Below, in pieces: positions 9,644 to 18,550 of a stretch of 64,000 bases of DNA. Below the pieces are notes generated by a model, which did no database searches, was not told the origin of the DNA, and worked only from the letters and a program-made list of their open reading frames with translations. The position numbers and the translations under genes were made by a program. Every line of letters starts with the position of its first letter. Within the stretch, counting starts at the first letter, position 1. The DNA is from an uncultured Atribacterota bacterium (GTDB lineage: Bacteria > Atribacterota > JALVIU01): the NCBI GenBank assembly GCA_964462295.1, contig CAYWXH010000001.1:452-64451 (forward strand), in the 5' to 3' direction.

Positions 9644-10561
9644 ATGGCAAGATATGCAACTTTAGATGTGGGTTCAAATTCAGTACTTATATATATTGCA
9701 GAAAAAGATGATGCTGGCAATTTTAAAACCTTAGAAGATAGGGCTGCTATAACTAAATTAGGAGAAGACTTAAAAGAGACAGGTGTCCTAAAGCCTGAAG
9801 CAATGGATAGAACAATAGAGGCACTAAGAGAGTTTAAGGCACTTATGGATAAGTATAATATAGATGATTATGCAGCTATTGGCACTATGGCTTTAAGAGA
9901 AGCCAAAAATGCTAAAGAATTTTTGGAAAGAGTAGAAAAAGAGGTTGGACTAAAGATCGAGGTAATACCAGGAGAAGAGGAGGCAAAACTTTCTCATCTT
10001 GCAGTAGTCTTAGGTCTTGGCATAAAGGATGAAGATGTGGTAATATTTGATATAGGAGGAGGAAGCACAGAGTTTATTTTTAGTAAAGGTCCTCAAATTC
10101 AAAACAAATTTAGTCTAAATATAGGGGCATTGGTATTGACCAATAAATTTCTTAAGTTTGATCCAGTAAAAAGAGAAGAACATGATGAGCTTTTTAAGTA
10201 TTTAAAAGAGGAATTTGCTAAGGTAGAATTTCCAGAAAAAATAGATAAAGCAATAGGAATGGGAGGAAATGTAACAAGCATTACAGCAGTAAAGTTTAAG
10301 ATGGAAAAATATGATCCTAATAAAGTTCAAGGTGCAGTTGTTACAAAAGAAGAGGTGAAGAATCAGATAGAACTCTATCTTTCTAAGACAGTAGAGGAGA
10401 GAAAATCTATAGTAGGGCTTCAGCCAAAACGTGCGGAAACTATACTTGCAGGTGCTACGATTCTTTATGCTATTTTAGATAGGCTTGGCATGGATTCTTT
10501 TGTGGTGAGTGATAGGGGTATAAGGCATGGTCTTATGTTTGCAAGGTTTTCACAAAAATAA
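9644..10561 (+). CDS. Ppx/GppA-family phosphatase (exopolyphosphatase / guanosine pentaphosphate phosphohydrolase, short N-terminal-only form)
   Basis: LDVGSNSVLIYIAE and DIGGGSTEF actin-like ATPase-fold motifs diagnostic of Ppx/GppA; 305 aa. Confidence 0.8.
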   Translation: MARYATLDVGSNSVLIYIAEKDDAGNFKTLEDRAAITKLGEDLKETGVLKPEAMDRTIEALREFKALMDKYNIDDYAAIGTMALREAKNAKEFLERVEKEVGLKIEVIPGEEEAKLSHLAVVLGLGIKDEDVVIFDIGGGSTEFIFSKGPQIQNKFSLNIGALVLTNKFLKFDPVKREEHDELFKYLKEEFAKVEFPEKIDKAIGMGGNVTSITAVKFKMEKYDPNKVQGAVVTKEEVKNQIELYLSKTVEERKSIVGLQPKRAETILAGATILYAILDRLGMDSFVVSDRGIRHGLMFARFSQK

Positions 10562-10578
10562 AAAAAGGGGGTATTTTT

Positions 10579-11532
10579 ATGAGAAAAGTTAGTCTTTTAG
10601 TAAGTTTACTCTTGATTTTTGTATTGATTTTCTCAGTTTCTGCTTTTTCTAAGTATCCAGATAGGCCTATAACTATTGTTGTGTACACATCACCTGGTGG
10701 AGCAATAGATATAACATCGAGACTTATTGCAAATATAGCTAAAAAATATGTAGATGTACCTATTGTAGTGGAAAATAAGAAGGGTGCGGGTGGAATTGTA
10801 GCTACACAGTATGTTCTTTCTAAACCTGCAGATGGATATACTATTTTTGGTATGACCAGTTCCGTTATTTCCTCTACCATAAAGGGAAGAAGAACCAAAA
10901 ACTTAGATAAGCTTTACTACCTTGCTATGATGGTAAAGGATTACGAATGTCTTATTACAAACAAAAAATTGAAAGTCGTAACCTTTGAGGATATTATTAA
11001 AGATGCAAAGGCCAAAAATGGTAAACAGCTTTGGGTAGGTCCTGCAGCAGGTGGAACAGACCATTTATTTGCCATGAAAGTGTGGAAAGCAACAGGAATA
11101 AAGGCAAAATGGATCCCATTTAAAGGTGGATCTAAAGCAATAGCTGCACTGCTTGGTGGCCATGGTGTAGTGTATGTAGGAAATCCTCAAGATACTATAG
11201 GAAGACCAGATCTTTTCGTTGCTGCTGTGGCATCTCCTAAGAGATTAAAGGGTTTTGAAGATTCACCTACCTTTGAAGAACTTGGTTATCCTCAACTTAC
11301 AGGAGAGGTTCTTTGGAGAGGTTATGCTTTAAAGAAAGGTACCCCACAAGATAGGATTAAGTTCTTAGAAGACCTATTTGAGAAGGTAAGTAAGGATCCT
11401 GAGTGGATTTCATTTGTAGAAAAAGGCTCTATGGCACCCGTATTTATTAAAGGTGTAGAGTTTGCAGTAGAGGTTGCAAAACAAAAAGCAAAAGATACAG
11501 CTTTCTTAAAGGAAGCTGGTTTGATTAAATAA
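10579..11532 (+). CDS. tctC: tripartite tricarboxylate transporter substrate-binding protein TctC (Bug family)
   Basis: Signal peptide; PDRPITIVVYTSPGGAIDITSRLIA matches the TctC/Bug N-terminus; followed by tctB and tctA. Confidence 0.8.
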   Translation: MRKVSLLVSLLLIFVLIFSVSAFSKYPDRPITIVVYTSPGGAIDITSRLIANIAKKYVDVPIVVENKKGAGGIVATQYVLSKPADGYTIFGMTSSVISSTIKGRRTKNLDKLYYLAMMVKDYECLITNKKLKVVTFEDIIKDAKAKNGKQLWVGPAAGGTDHLFAMKVWKATGIKAKWIPFKGGSKAIAALLGGHGVVYVGNPQDTIGRPDLFVAAVASPKRLKGFEDSPTFEELGYPQLTGEVLWRGYALKKGTPQDRIKFLEDLFEKVSKDPEWISFVEKGSMAPVFIKGVEFAVEVAKQKAKDTAFLKEAGLIK

Positions 11533-11553
11533 GCATCATTTGGATGATAAGTT

Positions 11554-11588
11554 TAGAGAGAGGGAGGGCATTTATCTCCCTCTCTCTA
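11554..11588 (+). terminator. 13-bp-stem hairpin between tctC and tctB (partial terminator or mRNA-stabilising stem-loop)
   Basis: tagagagagggag-ggcatttat-ctccctctctcta is a perfect 13-bp inverted repeat right after the substrate-binding-protein stop. No strong U-tract follows, so it is more likely a stability or attenuation element than a full terminator. Confidence 0.5.
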
Positions 11589-11601
11589 AAGAGGTGATAA
11601 A

Positions 11602-12120
11602 ATGGGAACCTTTATATTTTTGGGAATATTAATAATATTTTATATAGGGGCAGTGTTTTATCTTAGAAAACCTTCTTTTGATAAGAAAAGGGGAACTATA
11701 CTAGTTTCTTTATTTCTTCTTTGTCTCAGCCTTCTTTTTTTATATGTTACATTTTCTTTTCCAGAAGAGGAGGGCGTAGGTCCTGCTACGGTGCCAAGGC
11801 TCTGGATAGGGCTCTTAATATTGTTTAATATTTTCCTTATATATAGAGTGGTAAGGGGTATAGAAGAACCAGATGAAGAAAATGGAGATCCTTGGAAAAC
11901 CATAAAGTTTATTGCACTTATGATTATTTATATTGGACTTTTGAATATTATAGGTTATTTTATAGATACTTTTTTGTTCCTAATAATTGCTCCTCTTATG
12001 CTCTATTATAAAAGGATAGTAAATTTATTAGCTATTTCTGTAATATGGATAGTTTTTGTATATTATGTATTTATTCAGACACTTCATATTCCTATTCCAT
12101 TAGGCTTTTTTGCCAAATAA
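11602..12120 (+). CDS. tctB: tripartite tricarboxylate transporter small membrane subunit TctB
   Basis: 172 aa, 4 TM helices, positioned between tctC and tctA. Confidence 0.7.
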   Translation: MGTFIFLGILIIFYIGAVFYLRKPSFDKKRGTILVSLFLLCLSLLFLYVTFSFPEEEGVGPATVPRLWIGLLILFNIFLIYRVVRGIEEPDEENGDPWKTIKFIALMIIYIGLLNIIGYFIDTFLFLIIAPLMLYYKRIVNLLAISVIWIVFVYYVFIQTLHIPIPLGFFAK

Positions 12121-12132
12121 AGAGGTGAGATA

Positions 12133-13626
12133 ATGGGTGATCTTTTATCAAACATACTTTTGGGCTTTGGAGTAGTCCTTACACTAAAAGGTATTTTTAT
12201 GATTATTATAGGTGTTATTTTAGGCATACTCATAGGTGCTACTCCGGGTATGTCTCCTTCTATGGGTGTTGCCTTACTTGTACCTTTTAGTTATGGGATG
12301 AATCCGGTAGCTGCTTTTATCTTATTTGTGGCAGTTTATCAGGCAGCTAATTACGGAGGCTCTATTACGGCGGTTGCGATAAATACACCTGGTACACCTT
12401 CTGCAGTAGTGACAGCTATAGATGGCTATAAACTTACAGAGAAAGGGAAACCGGGAGAGGGCTTAGGTGCTGCACTTATTGCATCTGTAACAGGGGGTTT
12501 TATAGGAACTATAATTCTTATGTTTTTCTCCATCCCTCTTGCTAAAGCTGGCCTTAAATTCGGCCCCGCAGAGTATTTTTCCCTTGCTTTTTTTGGGCTA
12601 ACCACAGTTTCTTCATTGGGAGGATCAAGTTGGGTGAGGGCATTTATAAGTATTGCATTCGGGCTTCTTGTAAGTACAATAGGAATGGATCCTATATCAG
12701 GTGCAAGTAGATTTGATTTTGGTATTGTAAATTTATTTGATGGTTTTGCCCTTATTCCCAGCATGATAGGCCTTTTTGCATTGGGAGAAATTTTCTTATC
12801 TATAGAGAAATATTCTCCTGGTGTACAAAAGATGATAAAGGCCTTTTCGAGTAAATTACCAAGTTTTAAGGAATTTTGGAGAATAAAAGATATTATATTA
12901 AAATCTTCTATCTTAGGTACGACTATAGGTATTATTCCTGGAGCAGGGGCAACTATCGCTACTTTTATATCCTATAGTGAGGCAAAGAGGACAAGTAAAC
13001 ATCCAGAACTCTTTGGGACAGGTATAATAGATGGAGTAGCTGCAAGTGAGGCTGCAAATAGTAGCTCTGTAGGAGGTGCGCTTGTACCTCTTTTATCATT
13101 GGGTATCCCAGGAAGTGCTACAACGGCTGTACTTATTGGGGCCCTTATGCTTCATGGTCTTGTTCCAGGTCCTGAACTTTTTCAAAAAAATCCTCAAATT
13201 CCTTACGGGATATTTGCAAGCCTTATTTTTGCCAATCTTTTTATTTTAATATTCGGACTTTTAGGGAACAGATTGTGGTTGAAGATTATATCATTCCCTA
13301 AATCACTTATTTATCCTTTGATACTTGCTATCTCTGTTCTCGGAAGCTATTCTGTAAAAAATTCTCTGTTTGATGTATGGACATGCCTTGGATTTGGTAT
13401 AATTGGGTGGCTATTTAAGAGATATAGATTCCCTGTGGCCCCTGTTGTTTTAGGAATGGTACTTGGGGGGATGATGGAAAATAGTCTTCGTCAGGCCCTT
13501 ATGATGGGTGGGCCACTTATATTTGTAAAAAGCCCTATAAGCCTTGTACTTCTTAGCCTTTCTTTACTCCTCTTTATAAAACCTTTTAGAGATGAGGCGA
13601 GAAAGAAAAAGGAAAAGTCTAAATAG
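12133..13626 (+). CDS. tctA: tripartite tricarboxylate transporter permease TctA
   Basis: 497 aa polytopic membrane protein; GIIPGAGATIATFISYSEAKR-type duplicated motifs typical of TctA. Confidence 0.8.
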   Translation: MGDLLSNILLGFGVVLTLKGIFMIIIGVILGILIGATPGMSPSMGVALLVPFSYGMNPVAAFILFVAVYQAANYGGSITAVAINTPGTPSAVVTAIDGYKLTEKGKPGEGLGAALIASVTGGFIGTIILMFFSIPLAKAGLKFGPAEYFSLAFFGLTTVSSLGGSSWVRAFISIAFGLLVSTIGMDPISGASRFDFGIVNLFDGFALIPSMIGLFALGEIFLSIEKYSPGVQKMIKAFSSKLPSFKEFWRIKDIILKSSILGTTIGIIPGAGATIATFISYSEAKRTSKHPELFGTGIIDGVAASEAANSSSVGGALVPLLSLGIPGSATTAVLIGALMLHGLVPGPELFQKNPQIPYGIFASLIFANLFILIFGLLGNRLWLKIISFPKSLIYPLILAISVLGSYSVKNSLFDVWTCLGFGIIGWLFKRYRFPVAPVVLGMVLGGMMENSLRQALMMGGPLIFVKSPISLVLLSLSLLLFIKPFRDEARKKKEKSK

Positions 13627-13747
13627 GACGAAAAGTTCCATTTAGACTTTTCCTCTCTTTCCTCTTTGTCAAAAAAATGACTTGCCCAAATAGATTTAGT
13701 ATGATATACTTTTATACTGTAAATAATTTGGAAATTTGGGTGGTCAG

Positions 13748-14416
13748 ATGATAAAACTATACAGGGTCACAAAAAAATATCCCCATGGTGTAGTGGCTCT
13801 TCGAAATATAACCCTTGAAATTGATAAAGGAGAATTTGTCTTTTTAGTAGGCCCTACAGGTGCGGGAAAAAGCACTTTGCTGAAGCTTATATATAGAGCA
13901 GAACTACCTACAAGTGGAGATGTTATTGTAGATGGAAAAAACTTAATAAAAATGAGACAAGGTCAGGTACCTTATTTTAGAAGAAAAATTGGTGTTGTAT
14001 TTCAGGACTTTAAGCTATTAAGAGATAGAACAGTCTTTGAAAACGTAGCATTTGCACTACGAGTTACAGGAGCAAGAGATATAAAAGAAAGGGTGACTAC
14101 AGCACTTAGAATGGTTAATCTTCTAAGAAAAAAGGATGAATTTCCTAACAAGCTTTCAGGTGGAGAACAGCAGAGAGTCTCTATTGCTCGTGCCATAGTT
14201 AATGACCCACACATACTTATAACAGATGAACCCACTGGAAATCTTGATCCAGACTCTTCTTGGAGTGTAATGGAACTTCTGCAAGATTTGAATTTTAGGG
14301 GGACTACCATTATTATGGCTTCTCACAATAAGATGATAGTAGATAAAATGGGTAAAAGGGTAGTAAGAATGGAATCTGGAAGAATTGTAGAAGATGTAGA
14401 GAAAGGGGTTTATTAG
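13748..14416 (+). CDS. ftsE: cell-division ABC ATPase FtsE
   Basis: MIKLYRVTKKYPHG..., Walker A GPTGAGKST, LSGGEQQRVSIARA signature, Walker B ILITDEPTGNLD. The ORF-track start at 13736 is an unlikely TTG extension; the ATG is at 13748. Confidence 0.85.
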   Translation: MIKLYRVTKKYPHGVVALRNITLEIDKGEFVFLVGPTGAGKSTLLKLIYRAELPTSGDVIVDGKNLIKMRQGQVPYFRRKIGVVFQDFKLLRDRTVFENVAFALRVTGARDIKERVTTALRMVNLLRKKDEFPNKLSGGEQQRVSIARAIVNDPHILITDEPTGNLDPDSSWSVMELLQDLNFRGTTIIMASHNKMIVDKMGKRVVRMESGRIVEDVEKGVY

Positions 14417-14417
14417 T

Positions 14418-15305
14418 ATGAATTTTTATACCTTTTCTTATTTTGTGAAAGAGGCCTTGAAATCTCTTAAGAGAAATTTTTTAATGAGTCTGGGTGCTAT
14501 TATTATAATAACTTCTAATCTATTCTTTTTAGGTATTTTTGCCATATCTTTTATTATTCTTTCTGGTTCTATAGGAGATTTTGGTGATAAATTAATAATA
14601 AATGTTTACCTTGAACAGAATATTTCTAAAGATAAAATAAATGAGATCTATTACTCGATATTTTATTGGCCAGAGATCAAAAATATAAAATATGTGTCAA
14701 AAGAAAAGGCAAAAGAAGAGCTGGAAAAGGTTTTAGGCGATACTGGTAAATTGATTTTTCCTCTTATAAAGAAGAATCCTTTACCTGATTCTTTTGAGAT
14801 AAAAGTAAAAGATATACACTTTATAAAAAATGTGGTGGCAAAACTTAAGAGTATAAAAGGTATTAAAGATGTAGAATACGGAGGAGAAATAGTAGAAAAG
14901 GTAGAAAAATTAGATTATATTCTTAAGAGGTGGAGTATTCTTATCTTTTTGATATTAATCCTTTCTTCTATAATGGTAATATCGAGCACTACTCAGCTTA
15001 CTGTGTATGCAAGAAGAGATGAAATTGAGGTAATGAAGTTGGTAGGTGCCACAAATTGGTTTATAAGATGGCCCATTATGTTAGAAGGGGTTTTTGAAGG
15101 TTTTATAGCAGCTACCCTTTCTGTAATTATGACATATAAGATATATGAGACAGTAATAGTTAAGATTCAAGAGCTTTTACCATTTCTTTCCTTTAGAGGA
15201 AATATAAATGAATTAATATCGGTTTTTGTATTACTTCTAGGGTTGGGTATTGTCATAGGTGCATTTGGAAGCCTATTCTCAACTACTAGGTTTTTAGAGG
15301 TATAG
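14418..15305 (+). CDS. ftsX: cell-division permease FtsX
   Basis: 295 aa; N-terminal TM, large periplasmic loop, 3 C-terminal TM helices; immediately follows ftsE. Confidence 0.85.
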   Translation: MNFYTFSYFVKEALKSLKRNFLMSLGAIIIITSNLFFLGIFAISFIILSGSIGDFGDKLIINVYLEQNISKDKINEIYYSIFYWPEIKNIKYVSKEKAKEELEKVLGDTGKLIFPLIKKNPLPDSFEIKVKDIHFIKNVVAKLKSIKGIKDVEYGGEIVEKVEKLDYILKRWSILIFLILILSSIMVISSTTQLTVYARRDEIEVMKLVGATNWFIRWPIMLEGVFEGFIAATLSVIMTYKIYETVIVKIQELLPFLSFRGNINELISVFVLLLGLGIVIGAFGSLFSTTRFLEV

Positions 15306-15307
15306 AT

Positions 15308-16453
15308 ATGAAGAAATTCTTTTGGATATATTTTTTTATCTTTATTTTTGCCTTTCAAGTAGCATATCCAGGAGAATTTATATCTGACCTTGATAAGGAA
15401 AAAAGGAAACTTGAAACCCTAAGACAGCAGATAAAAAAGATAGAAGAAGAACTTGGAAAGATAAGAAAAACTAAATCAGGACTCGAAAAATATTTAAAGA
15501 GGCTTGAATATGGCCTAAGTAACATCGAAACTAATATAAATAAGATAAATACAAAAATCTATTTTTTACGAAAAAAGATAAAATTTATAGAGAAGAGTAT
15601 GGAAAACACAAATAGAGAGATAAACGAGTTGACAGGGGTACTTTCTGATTATCTGTATCTTTTATATCGAAATGGAAAGGATAAGATTCTGTTAAGGATT
15701 CTCCTTACTTCTTCTGATATAAGCGATTTTATGATGAAAGAGAGATCTATCACTATTATTACAAAAGAAGCTGCCCGTCTTATAAAATCTTTAAAAGAAA
15801 AAGCACTTTATTTGCAAAAAGAAAGAGAGAGATTGGAAAAGGAAAAGGAAACTCTATATATAATCCTTCAACAAAAAGAGTTGGAGCGACAAAAATATAA
15901 GCTTATGATACAGGCTAAAAAGGAGACTCTTAAGAAACTTTATAATGACGAAGAATATTTTAAAAAGACAAAAAAACAGTTAGAAGAAAGTAGTAAAAAG
16001 GTAAAATCTATTATAGAATCTTTGAGTAAAAAAACTAAAGAAAAAACATATTCCAGATTAATAAAAAGAAAGGGTATTTTGGCTTGGCCTGTTAGGGGAA
16101 AGGTTGTAAGTCTTTTTGGAAAAAAGGTTCACCCAGAATTTAAAACAGTTTATTTTTCCTCTGGTATAGATATATTAGCGAAAGAAGGGGAAAAGGTGAG
16201 AGCTTCTGCAGATGGTGAAGTTATTTATGTAGGCTCAATGAGAGGGCTTGGTAGGCTTGTAATAATATACCATGGGGGAAATATTGCGACAATTTATGCC
16301 TATCTGAAGGACATTTTGGTAAAAGAGCATGATGTGGTTAAAAAAGGTACTGTTATAGGTACAGTCGGTCTTAGTCCCAAAACAGGAGACCCTACTCTTC
16401 ATTTTGAAGTAAGGGTAGATACTGCACCTGTAGACCCCCTTCAATGGTTATAA
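15308..16453 (+). CDS. M23 peptidase-domain protein with N-terminal coiled coil (EnvC-like murein hydrolase activator)
   Basis: Signal/TM segment, long K/E-rich coiled-coil region, C-terminal M23/LytM domain (GIDILAKEGEKVRASADGEVIYVG...HFEVR). The FtsEX-EnvC arrangement is the known one. Confidence 0.8.
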   Translation: MKKFFWIYFFIFIFAFQVAYPGEFISDLDKEKRKLETLRQQIKKIEEELGKIRKTKSGLEKYLKRLEYGLSNIETNINKINTKIYFLRKKIKFIEKSMENTNREINELTGVLSDYLYLLYRNGKDKILLRILLTSSDISDFMMKERSITIITKEAARLIKSLKEKALYLQKERERLEKEKETLYIILQQKELERQKYKLMIQAKKETLKKLYNDEEYFKKTKKQLEESSKKVKSIIESLSKKTKEKTYSRLIKRKGILAWPVRGKVVSLFGKKVHPEFKTVYFSSGIDILAKEGEKVRASADGEVIYVGSMRGLGRLVIIYHGGNIATIYAYLKDILVKEHDVVKKGTVIGTVGLSPKTGDPTLHFEVRVDTAPVDPLQWL

Positions 16454-16481
16454 AAATATATAAGTTGGAGGTTTGTGTATA

Positions 16482-17672
16482 ATGAAAAGGATAAGATGGA
16501 TTCTGGTTTTTGTACTTGTTTTTTCACTTTTTACTGTAGCTTCTTTTTCTAAGGAAGAATATAATTTTGATTTAATGAAAGAAGCTATAAAGATCATTAA
16601 GAATAAGTATATAGAAAAAAATGTAAAAGAACAAAATTTGTTAAAAGGTGCATTAGAGGGTTTGGTTAATTCTTTAGATGATCCATATAGTTACTATGAA
16701 GACCCTGAAAGCCTGAAGAGAGAAGAAGAAGATCTTTTAAAGGGTGAATTTGGTGGACTTGGAATTTGGATTACAATTAAAGATGGTGTACTTACTATTA
16801 TTTCTCCTATAGAAGATACCCCTGCATATAAGGCAGGTGTTAAGGCAGGGGATCAGATAGTTGAAATAGATGGAGAATCTACAAGTGGTATTACATTGAG
16901 AGAGGCTGTAAATAAATTAAGGGGAAAAAAGGGAACAAAAGTTACACTAACTATTAGAAGAAAAGGCCTTTCTAAAAATATAAAGATTACAATAGTTAGA
17001 GATATTATAAAAGTAGAGAGCGTAAAGAGTAAAATTTTTTATGGAGACATAGGTTATTTAAGGCTAACAAGTTTTAATGGAAAGACATATAAAGATATGA
17101 AAAAGGCCTTAAGGAAATTTAAAAATAAGGGTATAAAAGGTATTATTTTAGACCTTAGAAACAACCCAGGAGGTCTTTTAGCTGTTGCTGTAGATGTAGC
17201 AGGTGAGTTCCTTCCCGATAAGAAGATAGTATATATTGTAGACAGAAATGGAAAGAAAAGGGCACTTTGGTCAGGGGATGGAGATTTTCCTGATATTCCC
17301 CTTGTAGTTTTGGTAAATAAAGGAAGTGCAAGCGCATCAGAGATAGTATCTGGAGCTATAAAGGATTATAAAAGAGGACTTTTAATAGGACAAAAGACCT
17401 TTGGAAAAGGTTTGGTACAAAATGTATTTATGCTTTCAAATGGAGGAGCCCTACACCTTACTATTGCTCGTTATCTTACCCCATCGGGTGCATATATACA
17501 CAAAAAGGGAATAGAACCTGATATAGTAGTGAAAGAGGAAGAGGGTGAAAGAGAAGCCCATGGAGAGAGTGCAAGAAGTGAAGTTAGTATAAATGACCGT
17601 GTACTTGTGAAGGCAATTGAAGTAATAAAAAGTGAAATAAACAAATCCAAAAATAGCCCTGAAGGTAAATGA
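16482..17672 (+). CDS. ctpA: carboxyl-terminal processing protease CtpA (S41) with PDZ domain
   Basis: PDZ region GDQIVEIDGEST; S41 catalytic region ILDLRNNPGG...GSASASEIVSGA and TFGKG; signal peptide. The ATG at 16482 has proper RBS spacing (ggag); the track's TTG at 16473 is too close to the SD. Confidence 0.85.
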   Translation: MKRIRWILVFVLVFSLFTVASFSKEEYNFDLMKEAIKIIKNKYIEKNVKEQNLLKGALEGLVNSLDDPYSYYEDPESLKREEEDLLKGEFGGLGIWITIKDGVLTIISPIEDTPAYKAGVKAGDQIVEIDGESTSGITLREAVNKLRGKKGTKVTLTIRRKGLSKNIKITIVRDIIKVESVKSKIFYGDIGYLRLTSFNGKTYKDMKKALRKFKNKGIKGIILDLRNNPGGLLAVAVDVAGEFLPDKKIVYIVDRNGKKRALWSGDGDFPDIPLVVLVNKGSASASEIVSGAIKDYKRGLLIGQKTFGKGLVQNVFMLSNGGALHLTIARYLTPSGAYIHKKGIEPDIVVKEEEGEREAHGESARSEVSINDRVLVKAIEVIKSEINKSKNSPEGK

Positions 17673-18550
17673 AAAAATATTTGGTTTTACTCTTTATTTT
17701 GTCTGTATTAACTATTTTAATTACTATATTTATATATTCTCCTTATCTTGCGAGGGAGCGGGGTTTTATAGTAGATAAAGTTAAAGCCTTTACCAATAGA
17801 CCGCAAAAAGTGAAGTTGGAGGAGGGGGTAGTCTATACCCCAACCCCAACCCCTACTCCTTCTCCACTTACCTATTTGGTAATAGTACTTGATGATTTTG
17901 GATATGAGGATAAGCTCATAGATCGTTTGCATGAACTTTCTATACCTGTAAATCCTTCTATAATACCTTTTTTATCTTATTCTAAATATGTTTTAAAAAG
18001 GGCTAAGGAATATGGTTTAGATCCCCTTCTTCATCTTCCTATGGAACCTATGAATCCCTCTCTTAACCCGGGAAAAGGTGCTATTTACACCTCTTTTTCT
18101 GACGAGGAGATAAAGAAGCGGACAGAAAATGCATTAGATGCTATGGAAGGAGTTATAGGGGTAAACAACCATATGGGTTCTCGTGCCACTACCTCTGAGA
18201 GGGTTATGAAGGATGTTATATCTGTGATAAAGGCTCATAATTTATTTTTTTTAGACAGCCTTACTATCTCCTCTTCTGTAGGGTATAAGGTTGCCAAAAA
18301 GGAAGGACTTCCTGAGCTTAAGCGAGATATTTTCCTAGATAACTATAAAGATGAAGATTATATAAGAGGTCAACTTGAAAAATTAGTAAAAATTGCCGAG
18401 AAAAAAGGTTCTGCTATAGGGATAGGGCATGCCAATGCTATAACAATTAATACTATAGAGGATTTTCTGCCCATATTTAAGAAGAGGCATATAGCTATTA
18501 TATCATTAAAAAATTATGTAGAAAAAGGACTCTACAGTGGAAAGAATTGA
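17669..18550 (+). CDS. divergent polysaccharide deacetylase family protein (YibQ-like)
   Basis: N-terminal TM; LVIVLDDFGYE...LHLPMEP...VNNHMGS matches the YibQ/DUF610 family. In E. coli, envC and yibQ are neighbours as here. Confidence 0.7.
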   Translation: MKKYLVLLFILSVLTILITIFIYSPYLARERGFIVDKVKAFTNRPQKVKLEEGVVYTPTPTPTPSPLTYLVIVLDDFGYEDKLIDRLHELSIPVNPSIIPFLSYSKYVLKRAKEYGLDPLLHLPMEPMNPSLNPGKGAIYTSFSDEEIKKRTENALDAMEGVIGVNNHMGSRATTSERVMKDVISVIKAHNLFFLDSLTISSSVGYKVAKKEGLPELKRDIFLDNYKDEDYIRGQLEKLVKIAEKKGSAIGIGHANAITINTIEDFLPIFKKRHIAIISLKNYVEKGLYSGKN

